NCBI GenBank assembly: GCA_963848965.1
Contig: CAWKFG010000005.1
Span: 64,686-128,685, forward strand
Source: an uncultured bacterium
GTDB taxonomy: Bacteria; Babelota; Babeliae; Babelales; Babelaceae
DNA: 64,000 bases
Reading direction: 5' to 3'
The notes under the pieces: model-generated
The model's database searches: none
Told to the model about the DNA's origin: nothing
The model's input: only the letters and a program-made list of their open reading frames with translations
Shown: in pieces, positions 20,631 to 28,533 of the stretch
Layout of the letters: each line of letters opens with the position of its first letter
Position numbering within the stretch: the first letter of the stretch is position 1
Made by a program: the position numbers and the translations under genes

Positions 20631-20709
20631 AGATCATGGAAAGCTGATTCGCGAACGGTCTCTGAATCAGCTTTTTTCTAACTTGTGTTGCATAGATAAG
20701 TTTTGCTAG
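20583..20709 (+). repeat. Right arm of the inverted repeat; contains the last 15 codons and terminator of ORF 19386..20630
   Basis: Hairpin AAAGCTGATTC...GAATCAGCTTT + T tract. Confidence 0.93.
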
Positions 20710-20763
20710 AGTTTTGATTGTAAGATTTGACTTGTTGGACTAGAATTTTTACTGAAAAACCAA

Positions 20764-20896
20764 GAAAGCCCCAAACTAAAGTATTGTGGATGAATTGATA
20801 AAAAACAGTGTTCAAGGGACGCACTGAACTCTCTACAGAGCTGCCCTACAATGCTGCCAACGCTCGAACCGCAGGGCTTCAGCCCAGCGTTATTCA
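20764..20896 (+). mobile_element. Possible IS200/IS605-family miniature remnant (both end hairpins, no ORF)
   Basis: GAAAGCCCCAAACTAAAGT..GGATGAATTG and GAACCGCAGGGCTTCAGCCCAGCG..TTCA resemble IS605 subterminal hairpins. Confidence 0.45.
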
Positions 20897-20983
20897 GTTA
20901 AGAAGGTTCTTCTTATTGATACCGATGCACAAGGCCATAGCTAGAGAGTTTAGGTATTGTATCCTCTCTGATACGTAAAAGAG

Positions 20984-22486
20984 TTACGATAAATACTTTT
21001 TAAGAAGCTCGTTAATAAGTTGAGGATTGCCTTTACCCTTAGTTTTTTGCATAGCTTGACCTACAAAGAATCCAAAGAGCTTTTCTTGGCCTGCTTTATA
21101 TGCAGCTACTTGTTGTGGGTTCTCTGCTACTATGTGCTGTATAAGAGCCTCCAACTCTTGTATGTTACCCATCTGTTCAAGTCCTCTTTCTTTTACAATA
21201 CCATGAGGTTCTTGACCTGTTTGAGCCATAAGAGCAAATACTTCTTGGGCAGCTCTGTTGTTAATAGTTCCTTTGTCAAGTAAGTCAACAAGCTGAGCAA
21301 GGTGTTTTGGCGAAATCTTTGATTCATGAACTGCTATCTTCTCATCTTTGAGAAGCTTCATAAAGTCCCGCAAAATCCAATTAATAAGCTGCTTGCTTTG
21401 AGTAAGCTGTGCAGCCTGCTCATAAAAATCTCCAACTTCTCGTTCATTTATAAGAATATCAGCTTCATAAGAAGAGAGTCCCTTTTGTATAAAACGTTCA
21501 AATCGTTCATGAGGAAGTTCAGGAAGATTATTTTTAACATTTTGAAACATTTCTGAAGTTATTTCTATAAGAGGAAGATCGGGATCAGTAAAATAACGAT
21601 AATCGGCAGCTTCTTCTTTAGAACGCATGACTTCTGTTTTTCCTTCTTTAACATTCCAGAGGCGAGTTTCTTGTTTTACCGTTCCTCCGGCTTGTAAGGT
21701 AGTAATTTGTCGTTCTATCTCGTATTCTATAGCATCAGAAATGAATTTAAATGAATTGATGTTTTTAAGTTCGCATTTAGTTCCGAGCTTTGTTTCACCC
21801 TTTTTGCGTACTGAGATATTTGTATCTGCTCTAAATGCACCCTCTTCCATATTTCCTGAACAAATACCAAGATACTGTACTATTAAGCGAAGTGTTTTAA
21901 GGTATTCACGTGCTTCATAAGCATTTGCTATATCAGGCAAACTGACTATTTCTAACAGGGGAGTTCCTGCTCTGTTAAGGTCTACATAGCTTTCATTGCT
22001 ATAATTTGAATGGATATTTTTTCCTGCATCTTCTTCCATATGAATACGAATAAGGTTTATTTTTTTGGTACTGCCATCTTCTAAACGAATAGGCACAAAA
22101 CCGTTGCTACAAATAGGATTATCACTTTGAGTAATTTGGTAGTTTTTAGGAAGATCTGGATAAAAATAATGTTTTCGAGCAAATGTGCTGATTGGTGTTA
22201 TAGTTGAGTGGGTTGCAAGTCCTGCTTTAATAGCACATGTAATTACTTCTTTATTAAGTACCGGTAATACTCCAGGATGTCCTGTACAAATAGGACAAAT
22301 ATTGACATTAGGAGTATGTTCTATACTATTGGCACATGTACAGAAGATTTTGCTTTTCGTGGTTAACTGTACATGGACCTCAATGCCAATAGTGGCTTCA
22401 TATTCTGGGTAGCGAGAAAGAACGGATACTTCACTTTTCACGAGCGTTTCCTTCTTAATAATTTGATTTCTTTTATACAATACCAT
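20984..22486 (-). CDS. gatB: Asp/Glu-tRNA amidotransferase subunit B
   Basis: IGIEVHVQL, KHYFYPDLPKNYQITQ, HMEEDAGK, DLNRAGTPLLEIV, DYRYFTDPDL; true start probably slightly downstream. Confidence 0.97.
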   Translation of the reverse strand: MVLYKRNQIIKKETLVKSEVSVLSRYPEYEATIGIEVHVQLTTKSKIFCTCANSIEHTPNVNICPICTGHPGVLPVLNKEVITCAIKAGLATHSTITPISTFARKHYFYPDLPKNYQITQSDNPICSNGFVPIRLEDGSTKKINLIRIHMEEDAGKNIHSNYSNESYVDLNRAGTPLLEIVSLPDIANAYEAREYLKTLRLIVQYLGICSGNMEEGAFRADTNISVRKKGETKLGTKCELKNINSFKFISDAIEYEIERQITTLQAGGTVKQETRLWNVKEGKTEVMRSKEEAADYRYFTDPDLPLIEITSEMFQNVKNNLPELPHERFERFIQKGLSSYEADILINEREVGDFYEQAAQLTQSKQLINWILRDFMKLLKDEKIAVHESKISPKHLAQLVDLLDKGTINNRAAQEVFALMAQTGQEPHGIVKERGLEQMGNIQELEALIQHIVAENPQQVAAYKAGQEKLFGFFVGQAMQKTKGKGNPQLINELLKKYLS

Positions 22487-22598
22487 AAAAATCGTAAAAC
22501 GTATACGGACAGACTCTTGAAATTTAAAGCACCAGTATTCTATTCTAGTACATATATATTTAAAAATTAGGAAAATAGTATTTAATAAGGAGCATCCT

Positions 22599-22838
22599 AT
22601 GAAAAGAGAAAGAAATTTAAGCCCAGTGCAATTTTTTTTGGGCTTGGGTATGTTAACCTTTCTATCGTTCCCTTTTTTACAGGCAGCCTGTTGTGGTGAT
22701 CAACAGCGAAAAGATAGTGGTTGCCCTCATATCAACTGTAATTGGGAGCGTACTGATCGTAAATGTAATAATGATAGTGACTGTTGTCCTGGTAAAGAGT
22801 GTAGCGCATTTGGTTTCTGCGAATTGTGTAGAAGATAA
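22599..22838 (+). CDS. Small secreted 10-Cys protein
   Basis: AAGGAG RBS, signal peptide, CNNDSDCCPGKEC. Confidence 0.75.
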   Translation: MKRERNLSPVQFFLGLGMLTFLSFPFLQAACCGDQQRKDSGCPHINCNWERTDRKCNNDSDCCPGKECSAFGFCELCRR

Positions 22839-23023
22839 ATTTTAAGACATACATTTTAAATGCCTTTAAGTCTTGCTTAAGGGCTCTTTTTTTATTTAAT
22901 TTTTGCTTTTCTGTTGAAGGTTTTCTACGTACTTTACATTATTTTTAATTCGTGATAGATAAAGAGGGTAATTTACTACAGTTCTTGATATTCATTATTA
23001 ACCTTTCTTAAGAAGGAGCCTTT

Positions 23024-23710
23024 ATGAAAACTACTTTTAAGCATATGTTTTTGTCTTTGTTTTTGCTTATGCCATGGATGATGTGTGCTGAAACAGAAGT
23101 ACGAGGAGATCAAGTTACCGCTGTTGAAGAATCTGACATAGTTGATTTCTTAAGTGCGGATGAACTTGATATAGTTCTTAGAAACCACAAAACTACTTAT
23201 GCATATATGCCAGAAGAAGTAGTAACAAGCCTCCGTTCAGTCTCTAAAGATTCTCAATTATTGCAAGCATTATCAGAGTTATTAGAGCATATATCAACCC
23301 CTACTTCTCATATTGCTCCGTATGATGTAGCAACAGAAGCTCTTGATGCAGCAGTTAAGCTTGAGTTACCAGCAGATGTAAAATCAGTTTTAGAGGGGTA
23401 TAAGGCTTCTTTAGATTCGGGTGATGCAGCTATTTTGCTTGCACAAGATCGTAGCAGAAGACAAAAAATTGTATGCAGTCTTATTGTAAAGCAGTGCTTT
23501 AAAGCTAGTAGCATTTCAGTTTCTGGTAATGCTGCATTTGGGGCAAATGTTTCTATTAACGGAGAGCTTGATGCAGGTGTAATAAGATCAACAGGAACTG
23601 CAACAGTAAATGGAGACTTAACAGTTACTGGTGTTATACGCGGAGAACTAGCGCCTGAAGTACTGCAACAAATCATTAAAGCTTTAAACAATAATGTTAC
23701 AATTAACTAA
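23024..23710 (+). CDS. Secreted protein sharing its N-terminal domain with 28532..31297; short beta-repeat tail
   Basis: AAGGAG RBS; LSADEL...IVCSLIVKQC versus LSSEEL...VACNLLVKNC. Confidence 0.75.
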   Translation: MKTTFKHMFLSLFLLMPWMMCAETEVRGDQVTAVEESDIVDFLSADELDIVLRNHKTTYAYMPEEVVTSLRSVSKDSQLLQALSELLEHISTPTSHIAPYDVATEALDAAVKLELPADVKSVLEGYKASLDSGDAAILLAQDRSRRQKIVCSLIVKQCFKASSISVSGNAAFGANVSINGELDAGVIRSTGTATVNGDLTVTGVIRGELAPEVLQQIIKALNNNVTIN

Positions 23711-23765
23711 TAGTACGTCTACACCCGTTGAGTAAAACAGGTGTATGATACCTATAAAGTTCTTT

Positions 23766-23797
23766 AGAAAAGGCTCCTATTGATAGGAGCTTTTTCT
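23766..23797 (+). terminator. Rho-independent terminator
   Basis: AGAAAAGGCTCCTAT-tg-ATAGGAGCTTTTTCT. Confidence 0.75.
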
Positions 23798-23799
23798 AC

Positions 23800-24960
23800 T
23801 TTTTAGGCCTTTAACGGTATTTCAATTAATACCACTTATGGGGTCAATAGTTCTGTTTGTTACATGAGCATAATAACTGCTTAAGACATAGTATCTGCTT
23901 TTTTACAATATGAGCATAAAAGCTCTCTATACTGGTAATGATTCTCTAGAGGTATAGGGCGTTTATGTAGGTAATAGCATATGTTGAGGATATTATCATA
24001 AGAGTAGGAAATGTTGTTTATTACCACGTTTACTCTGATGGCATACAAGATGTTTATGTCGTTTATAGGTAAAAATGATGTTATAGAGGTTATGTGCATA
24101 AAGTATGTATATACCTGTTTCTCTCGTTTTTTACTCCGATTAAAGGTTTTATGGTTATACTGTTAATAGATATAAATAGGGCTTGTTTAAGAGATTATCT
24201 GAATTGCTGTTTATCCTGTTTACCTCTGTATTTTTGCTCTTACGAGTATTTGTGATTATGCTGTTTAGAGCAGAATTAGTGTTCTTTTATGCTGTTATCA
24301 TAAAAACTGCTTACCGCTCTTTTGCTTCCTTTTACCTCTGATTATTACATAACATACGTTTATGAATAGGTAAAAAATAAAGAGTATAAACAGCATTTAT
24401 GTCATAGATGATTATAAGGTAAACGACTTCTTTTACTATGTTAACTTCCTTTACAGTAAAAGCAGATAGGTACTCAACAGTCTTTATTACAGACGTTGTA
24501 ATAAAAGAGATAAATGTTTGTAACCCGTGAGATACCCTTCTTTTATGCTGTTAACACTCTCGTGGTAAATACTGTTTATCAGAGAGATTAAGGAGGTTAA
24601 CAACGTTTATGTTTATACCTTTAATAGGTATATACCCCTTACAAGCGGGTATAGCGTCCTTTGTCATAAAATGCTCTATCATTGCTTTTGAGGCTCTAAC
24701 AGTATAGGTATACCTATGCACATAAGGCCTTTATAATGCTTATTTATGCTGTTTGTGCATATGACGTTAAGTATTCATTTAAAGACTTTTTAAGGTATTT
24801 AAGTAAATACTAAAAACGTATACGTTTTGTGGTATTGGCGTTATATATGATAAAAGCTTCATTGGGTATATACCTCCTTATTAAAGATATTTCATAAAAT
24901 ATTGTTTATGCCAGTTTGGGTGTGATATGTTCTCATGCAAGTAATGTATGTATTGAAGAA
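23800..24960. repeat. Non-coding region with degenerate short repeats upstream of parA (candidate centromere/operator)
   Basis: TTATGCTGTT x4 (24256, 24287, 24543, 24744); TTTACCTCTG x2; GGTATATACC x2 (24627, 24865); palindromes at 24704..24717 and 24813..24828. Confidence 0.55.
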
Positions 24961-24971
24961 AAAGGAGTTAT

Positions 24972-25775
24972 ATGAGAAAGATTGCTATTATTAATCAAAA
25001 AGGTGGTAGTGGAAAAACGACTACGACAGTTAACTTAGCTTCTGCGTTAGCAGAGAAAAATAAAAAAGTACTTATTATAGACATAGATCCTCAGGCATCT
25101 ACATCAATGTGGTTTGGTTGTACAACGCTCGAAAAAGGACTTATGCGAGTGTTTGTAGATGGTATAGCGCTTCCTTCTGTAGTAATGTCAACACAGGTTG
25201 AAAAAATAAGTATTATTCCCTCTTCATCATGGTTAATCGGACTTGAAAAAGCACTTGCTAATGAAGTAGGAGCAGAAACAATCTTAAAACAACGCATGCA
25301 GGCGTTATCTCAAGACTCCTATGACTATGTTCTTATTGATTGTCCTCCTACATTAGGAATATTAACTATTAATGCTTTGACTGCATGCAGTGAAGTAATA
25401 GTTCCTGTTGAAGCGCGTATTATGGCAGTTAATGGCTTGGTACAGCTTTTACAAACAATAGATATTGTAAAAAATCGACTTAATAGTGCACTGAAGATTG
25501 CAGGTATACTCTTATGCCGAGTGGACATTCGTACACGACATTCAAAAGAGGTTATGGATGAGCTGCGTAATAAATTCAGTTCACTTGTCTATGCAGCACA
25601 TATTCGTGAAAATATACGTCTATCTGAAGCACCATCATTTGCGCAACCAATACTTCAATATGATCCTGAAAGTAATGGGGCAAAAGACTATAGAGCACTG
25701 GCTCAAGAAGTAATAGAGCAAGAGCGGCTCTCTTCATTTACCAGTACACAAAAAAGTGCGCAACTCTCCCTTTAA
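24972..25775 (+). CDS. parA: ParA/Soj-family partition ATPase
   Basis: NQKGGSGKTTT, DIDPQA, IDCPP, IRENIRLSEAPS. Confidence 0.93.
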   Translation: MRKIAIINQKGGSGKTTTTVNLASALAEKNKKVLIIDIDPQASTSMWFGCTTLEKGLMRVFVDGIALPSVVMSTQVEKISIIPSSSWLIGLEKALANEVGAETILKQRMQALSQDSYDYVLIDCPPTLGILTINALTACSEVIVPVEARIMAVNGLVQLLQTIDIVKNRLNSALKIAGILLCRVDIRTRHSKEVMDELRNKFSSLVYAAHIRENIRLSEAPSFAQPILQYDPESNGAKDYRALAQEVIEQERLSSFTSTQKSAQLSL

Positions 25776-25791
25776 TAATTAAGGATATACT

Positions 25792-26115
25792 ATGAAAGCA
25801 ACAATAAAGCAAAAGACTATTGGATTTAATCCTTTAGAAGATTATCTTTCTTTAGGTAAAGAAACTCAAGAACCAGTATATGTGCCAGAGCAGGAGATAC
25901 AGCAGACTGTAAAAAAGCAACGAGTTACTATCCACATACCAGAAGATCTTATAGATAGAGTGAAAAATGCTGTCTATTGGGAGCCAGGACTAACATTAGC
26001 AGGATTTGCAGAGATGGCACTTGCAAAAGCTCTGGAAGATTTAGAGCTTGAGCGTGGTGCTCCCTTTCCAAATAGGAGAGATCGGCAGCTCAGAGGTGGC
26101 AGACCTATAAAATAG
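25792..26115 (+). CDS. Small ribbon-helix-helix protein (type Ib ParB/ParG-like partner)
   Basis: RVTIHIPEDLIDRVKNAVY...LAGFAEMAL; flexible N-terminus; 16 bp after parA. Confidence 0.7.
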   Translation: MKATIKQKTIGFNPLEDYLSLGKETQEPVYVPEQEIQQTVKKQRVTIHIPEDLIDRVKNAVYWEPGLTLAGFAEMALAKALEDLELERGAPFPNRRDRQLRGGRPIK

Positions 26116-26136
26116 AAGGTGAGGTTGCCCTCACCC

Positions 26137-27672
26137 TTATCTTTTCGTCCAGGCTTGATCGACTTTGTATACTCCAACAAGGCAATTATCCTTGCTTACA
26201 AGGGTAATCTTACATTTATATATTTTTTCTAGATATAAGATAGCATTATATTCAGTGCTTGTAATGTAATTAAAAACGTTTGGATGTACTGCGAGCGTTA
26301 TTTGGGCACCGGGTTTTTTGGCAGTTTCAAGTTCATGTTTGAGCTTGCGTAAAATTGTATACGCTTCATTAGGAAGCGATTTTATAAAGCCAAGACCGTG
26401 GCAGGTAGGGCATTGGTGAGTAAGCTGCTGTATAAGCGTTTTACCAGATCGCTTACGTGTCATCTGTACAAGGCCAAATTCAGAGACTTTTAAGACGACT
26501 GATTGAAATTTATCGCGCTCTTTGAGTGTTTTTTCAAAGGCACGAAAAAGCTTTTGTCTATTATTACTACTTGCCATATCAATAAAGTCGATGACAATAA
26601 GTCCTCCAATATTGCGTAACCGAAGCTGCCGTGTAATTTCTTCTGCTGCTTCGAGATTAGTTTTGAGTATGGTATCTTCAAGGTTACTTTGTCCTATATA
26701 CCTACCTGTGTTTACGTCAATGACAGTCATTGCTTCAGTAGTCTCAATAACGATAGAGCCACCAGACTTGAGATATACTTTTCTTTGCAGTGCCTGCTCA
26801 ATTTGACTTTCAATGTTAAATTTTTCAAAAATACTTGGTGGCCCTTCGTAAAATCGTATTTTATGAGTATGCTCTGGAGCAATATTTTTTACGAACTTAT
26901 AGATTCTTGCTTGTGTTTCTTTGTCATCAGTTATAACCATTTCTACATCATCATCAAGATGATCGCGGACAGCTTGGAGAGGCAGATCGATATCCTCATA
27001 AATTTTTTCTTTAGGATTTGCTTCTTTATAGCGCCTTTGGATAGTATTCCATGTATCTACAAGATAGTTCAAATCTTGAAGAATTTCTCGTGCTCCTTGA
27101 AATTCAGAAGTAGTTCTAATAATCGCGCCCATTCCTGGTGGCAAGTTTTGGCTCAAGAGCTCTTTAAGGCGCTGGCGTTCTTCTTTAGACTCAATTTTTT
27201 TAGATATTCCAATACGAGGAATATTGGTCATCAGTACTAAAAATCTTCCTGGTAGGGTAAAACAGGTAGTAAGTTTAGCGCCTTTTTCATAGACAGGCTC
27301 TTTACTTACTTGTACAAGGATAGTCTCACCCTCTTTAAGTATTTTACTAATATCAAGTTGACTTCTGGTAAATCCTTCAGGTTTTTGTCGATCTTCATCT
27401 TCAATATCCTCTATTTGACCACTAGCAGCCATACGATGTATAGCAAGTTCTCGGTCTATTTCAGAAATGTGAAGAAACCCTGCTCGTTCCTGTCCAATAT
27501 CGACAAATGCCGTCTGAATACCTGGCAGAATCTTGGTTATAACTCCTTTATAAAAAGACCGTTCAAGATTTTCTGTTGTATGAGACGAAAAATAAACGTT
27601 TTGTAAATCTCCATCCCGTGTAATGGCAACTCGTGTTTGCCAGGGAGTTTCATTAATTAAAATTTTTTTCAT
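26137..27672 (-). CDS. rng: Ribonuclease G / RNase E-G family
   Basis: S1 domain AFVDIG..GFLH, VIDVNTG, TNLEAAEEI, RNIGGLIVIDFIDM, CPTCHG. Confidence 0.93.
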   Translation of the reverse strand: MKKILINETPWQTRVAITRDGDLQNVYFSSHTTENLERSFYKGVITKILPGIQTAFVDIGQERAGFLHISEIDRELAIHRMAASGQIEDIEDEDRQKPEGFTRSQLDISKILKEGETILVQVSKEPVYEKGAKLTTCFTLPGRFLVLMTNIPRIGISKKIESKEERQRLKELLSQNLPPGMGAIIRTTSEFQGAREILQDLNYLVDTWNTIQRRYKEANPKEKIYEDIDLPLQAVRDHLDDDVEMVITDDKETQARIYKFVKNIAPEHTHKIRFYEGPPSIFEKFNIESQIEQALQRKVYLKSGGSIVIETTEAMTVIDVNTGRYIGQSNLEDTILKTNLEAAEEITRQLRLRNIGGLIVIDFIDMASSNNRQKLFRAFEKTLKERDKFQSVVLKVSEFGLVQMTRKRSGKTLIQQLTHQCPTCHGLGFIKSLPNEAYTILRKLKHELETAKKPGAQITLAVHPNVFNYITSTEYNAILYLEKIYKCKITLVSKDNCLVGVYKVDQAWTKR

Positions 27673-27838
27673 ATATCACTTTTTATTCTATGAAGCATTA
27701 AAAGTTAGGCTGACATATTCTTATAGTATAATTATACCACAGATTAACCTTTTCGTGTAACAAACTAGAAAAATCTTAAATATTGTGGTACATTGCTCCC
27801 GACACCAGTAATTTAGCTCTATCCTCAAGGAGGGGAAC

Positions 27839-28504
27839 ATGTTTAAAAAGTGTCTTGTATTTTCTTTAGTATTGTTATTGGTTCCAGCATGTAAGAATAG
27901 ATCACGTTTTGGTCGTTCGCAACCGGCTTATGGAACTCCTGTAGAAACCGTAGTTCCAGTGGAAGGAGCTCAATCGGTACAAGCGCCAGCAGAAGATGTA
28001 GAAGCATTTGTACTTGATGAAGATGAAAATCCATTTACTACAAAAGCTGCTGCTAATGCTCAAAATGGAGAAGAAATAGCACTTGAAAATGCAGAATCTT
28101 CAACAGGCGATCTTTATTCAGACAGCTCAAAACACGGATTGAAAACAATCTATTATAGTTATAACCAAGCTGACACACGTCCAGATCAAAGAGCAGCTCT
28201 TGAGCAAAATCTTAAAGCTGCACAAGATCTTGTAAATAAAGGATATGATCTTACTCTAGAAGGTCATGCATGCAGTGCAGGTAAAGTCAATAATAGAGAG
28301 TATAATATAATGCTTTCAGAAAAACGGGCTGAAGGGATTAAAACCTTCTTTGTGGAAAACGGAATTGATGAACATAGTATTCGCACTGTTGGTTGGGGTT
28401 ATGAAAGACCTGTTGTACCATCTGGTAATACCGAACAACAGGCCCCAAATAGACGGGTAGAAGTCTATGCTTATCCTCATGACAAAAATGCTCCTAAAGC
28501 ATAA
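27839..28504 (+). CDS. OmpA/Pal-like peptidoglycan-associated lipoprotein
   Basis: Lipobox VPAC; EGHA, YNIMLSEKRA, GYERP, NRRVE. Confidence 0.88.
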   Translation: MFKKCLVFSLVLLLVPACKNRSRFGRSQPAYGTPVETVVPVEGAQSVQAPAEDVEAFVLDEDENPFTTKAAANAQNGEEIALENAESSTGDLYSDSSKHGLKTIYYSYNQADTRPDQRAALEQNLKAAQDLVNKGYDLTLEGHACSAGKVNNREYNIMLSEKRAEGIKTFFVENGIDEHSIRTVGWGYERPVVPSGNTEQQAPNRRVEVYAYPHDKNAPKA

Positions 28505-28533
28505 AAAGAGCCCCGAGAAATCGGGGCTTTCTT
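28504..28533. terminator. Bidirectional terminator
   Basis: AGCCCCGA-gaaa-TCGGGGCT with A/T flanks between convergent genes. Confidence 0.8.

Larger units (their letters stand above)
18130..20983. mobile_element. Genomic islet inserted at the gatB 3' end; no integrase visible
   Basis: Bounded by gatB-tail direct repeats; contains TA pair, IS remnants and IR-framed ORF. Confidence 0.7.

Noticed and set aside
19145..20709. Diversity-generating retroelement TR/VR pair
   Set aside because: Differences are not adenine-specific on either strand, include an indel, and no reverse transcriptase is present
23800..24960. CRISPR array, or the 72-aa ORF 23881..24099
   Set aside because: No 25-45 bp repeats at regular spacing and no cas genes; the ORF has no RBS or recognisable motifs
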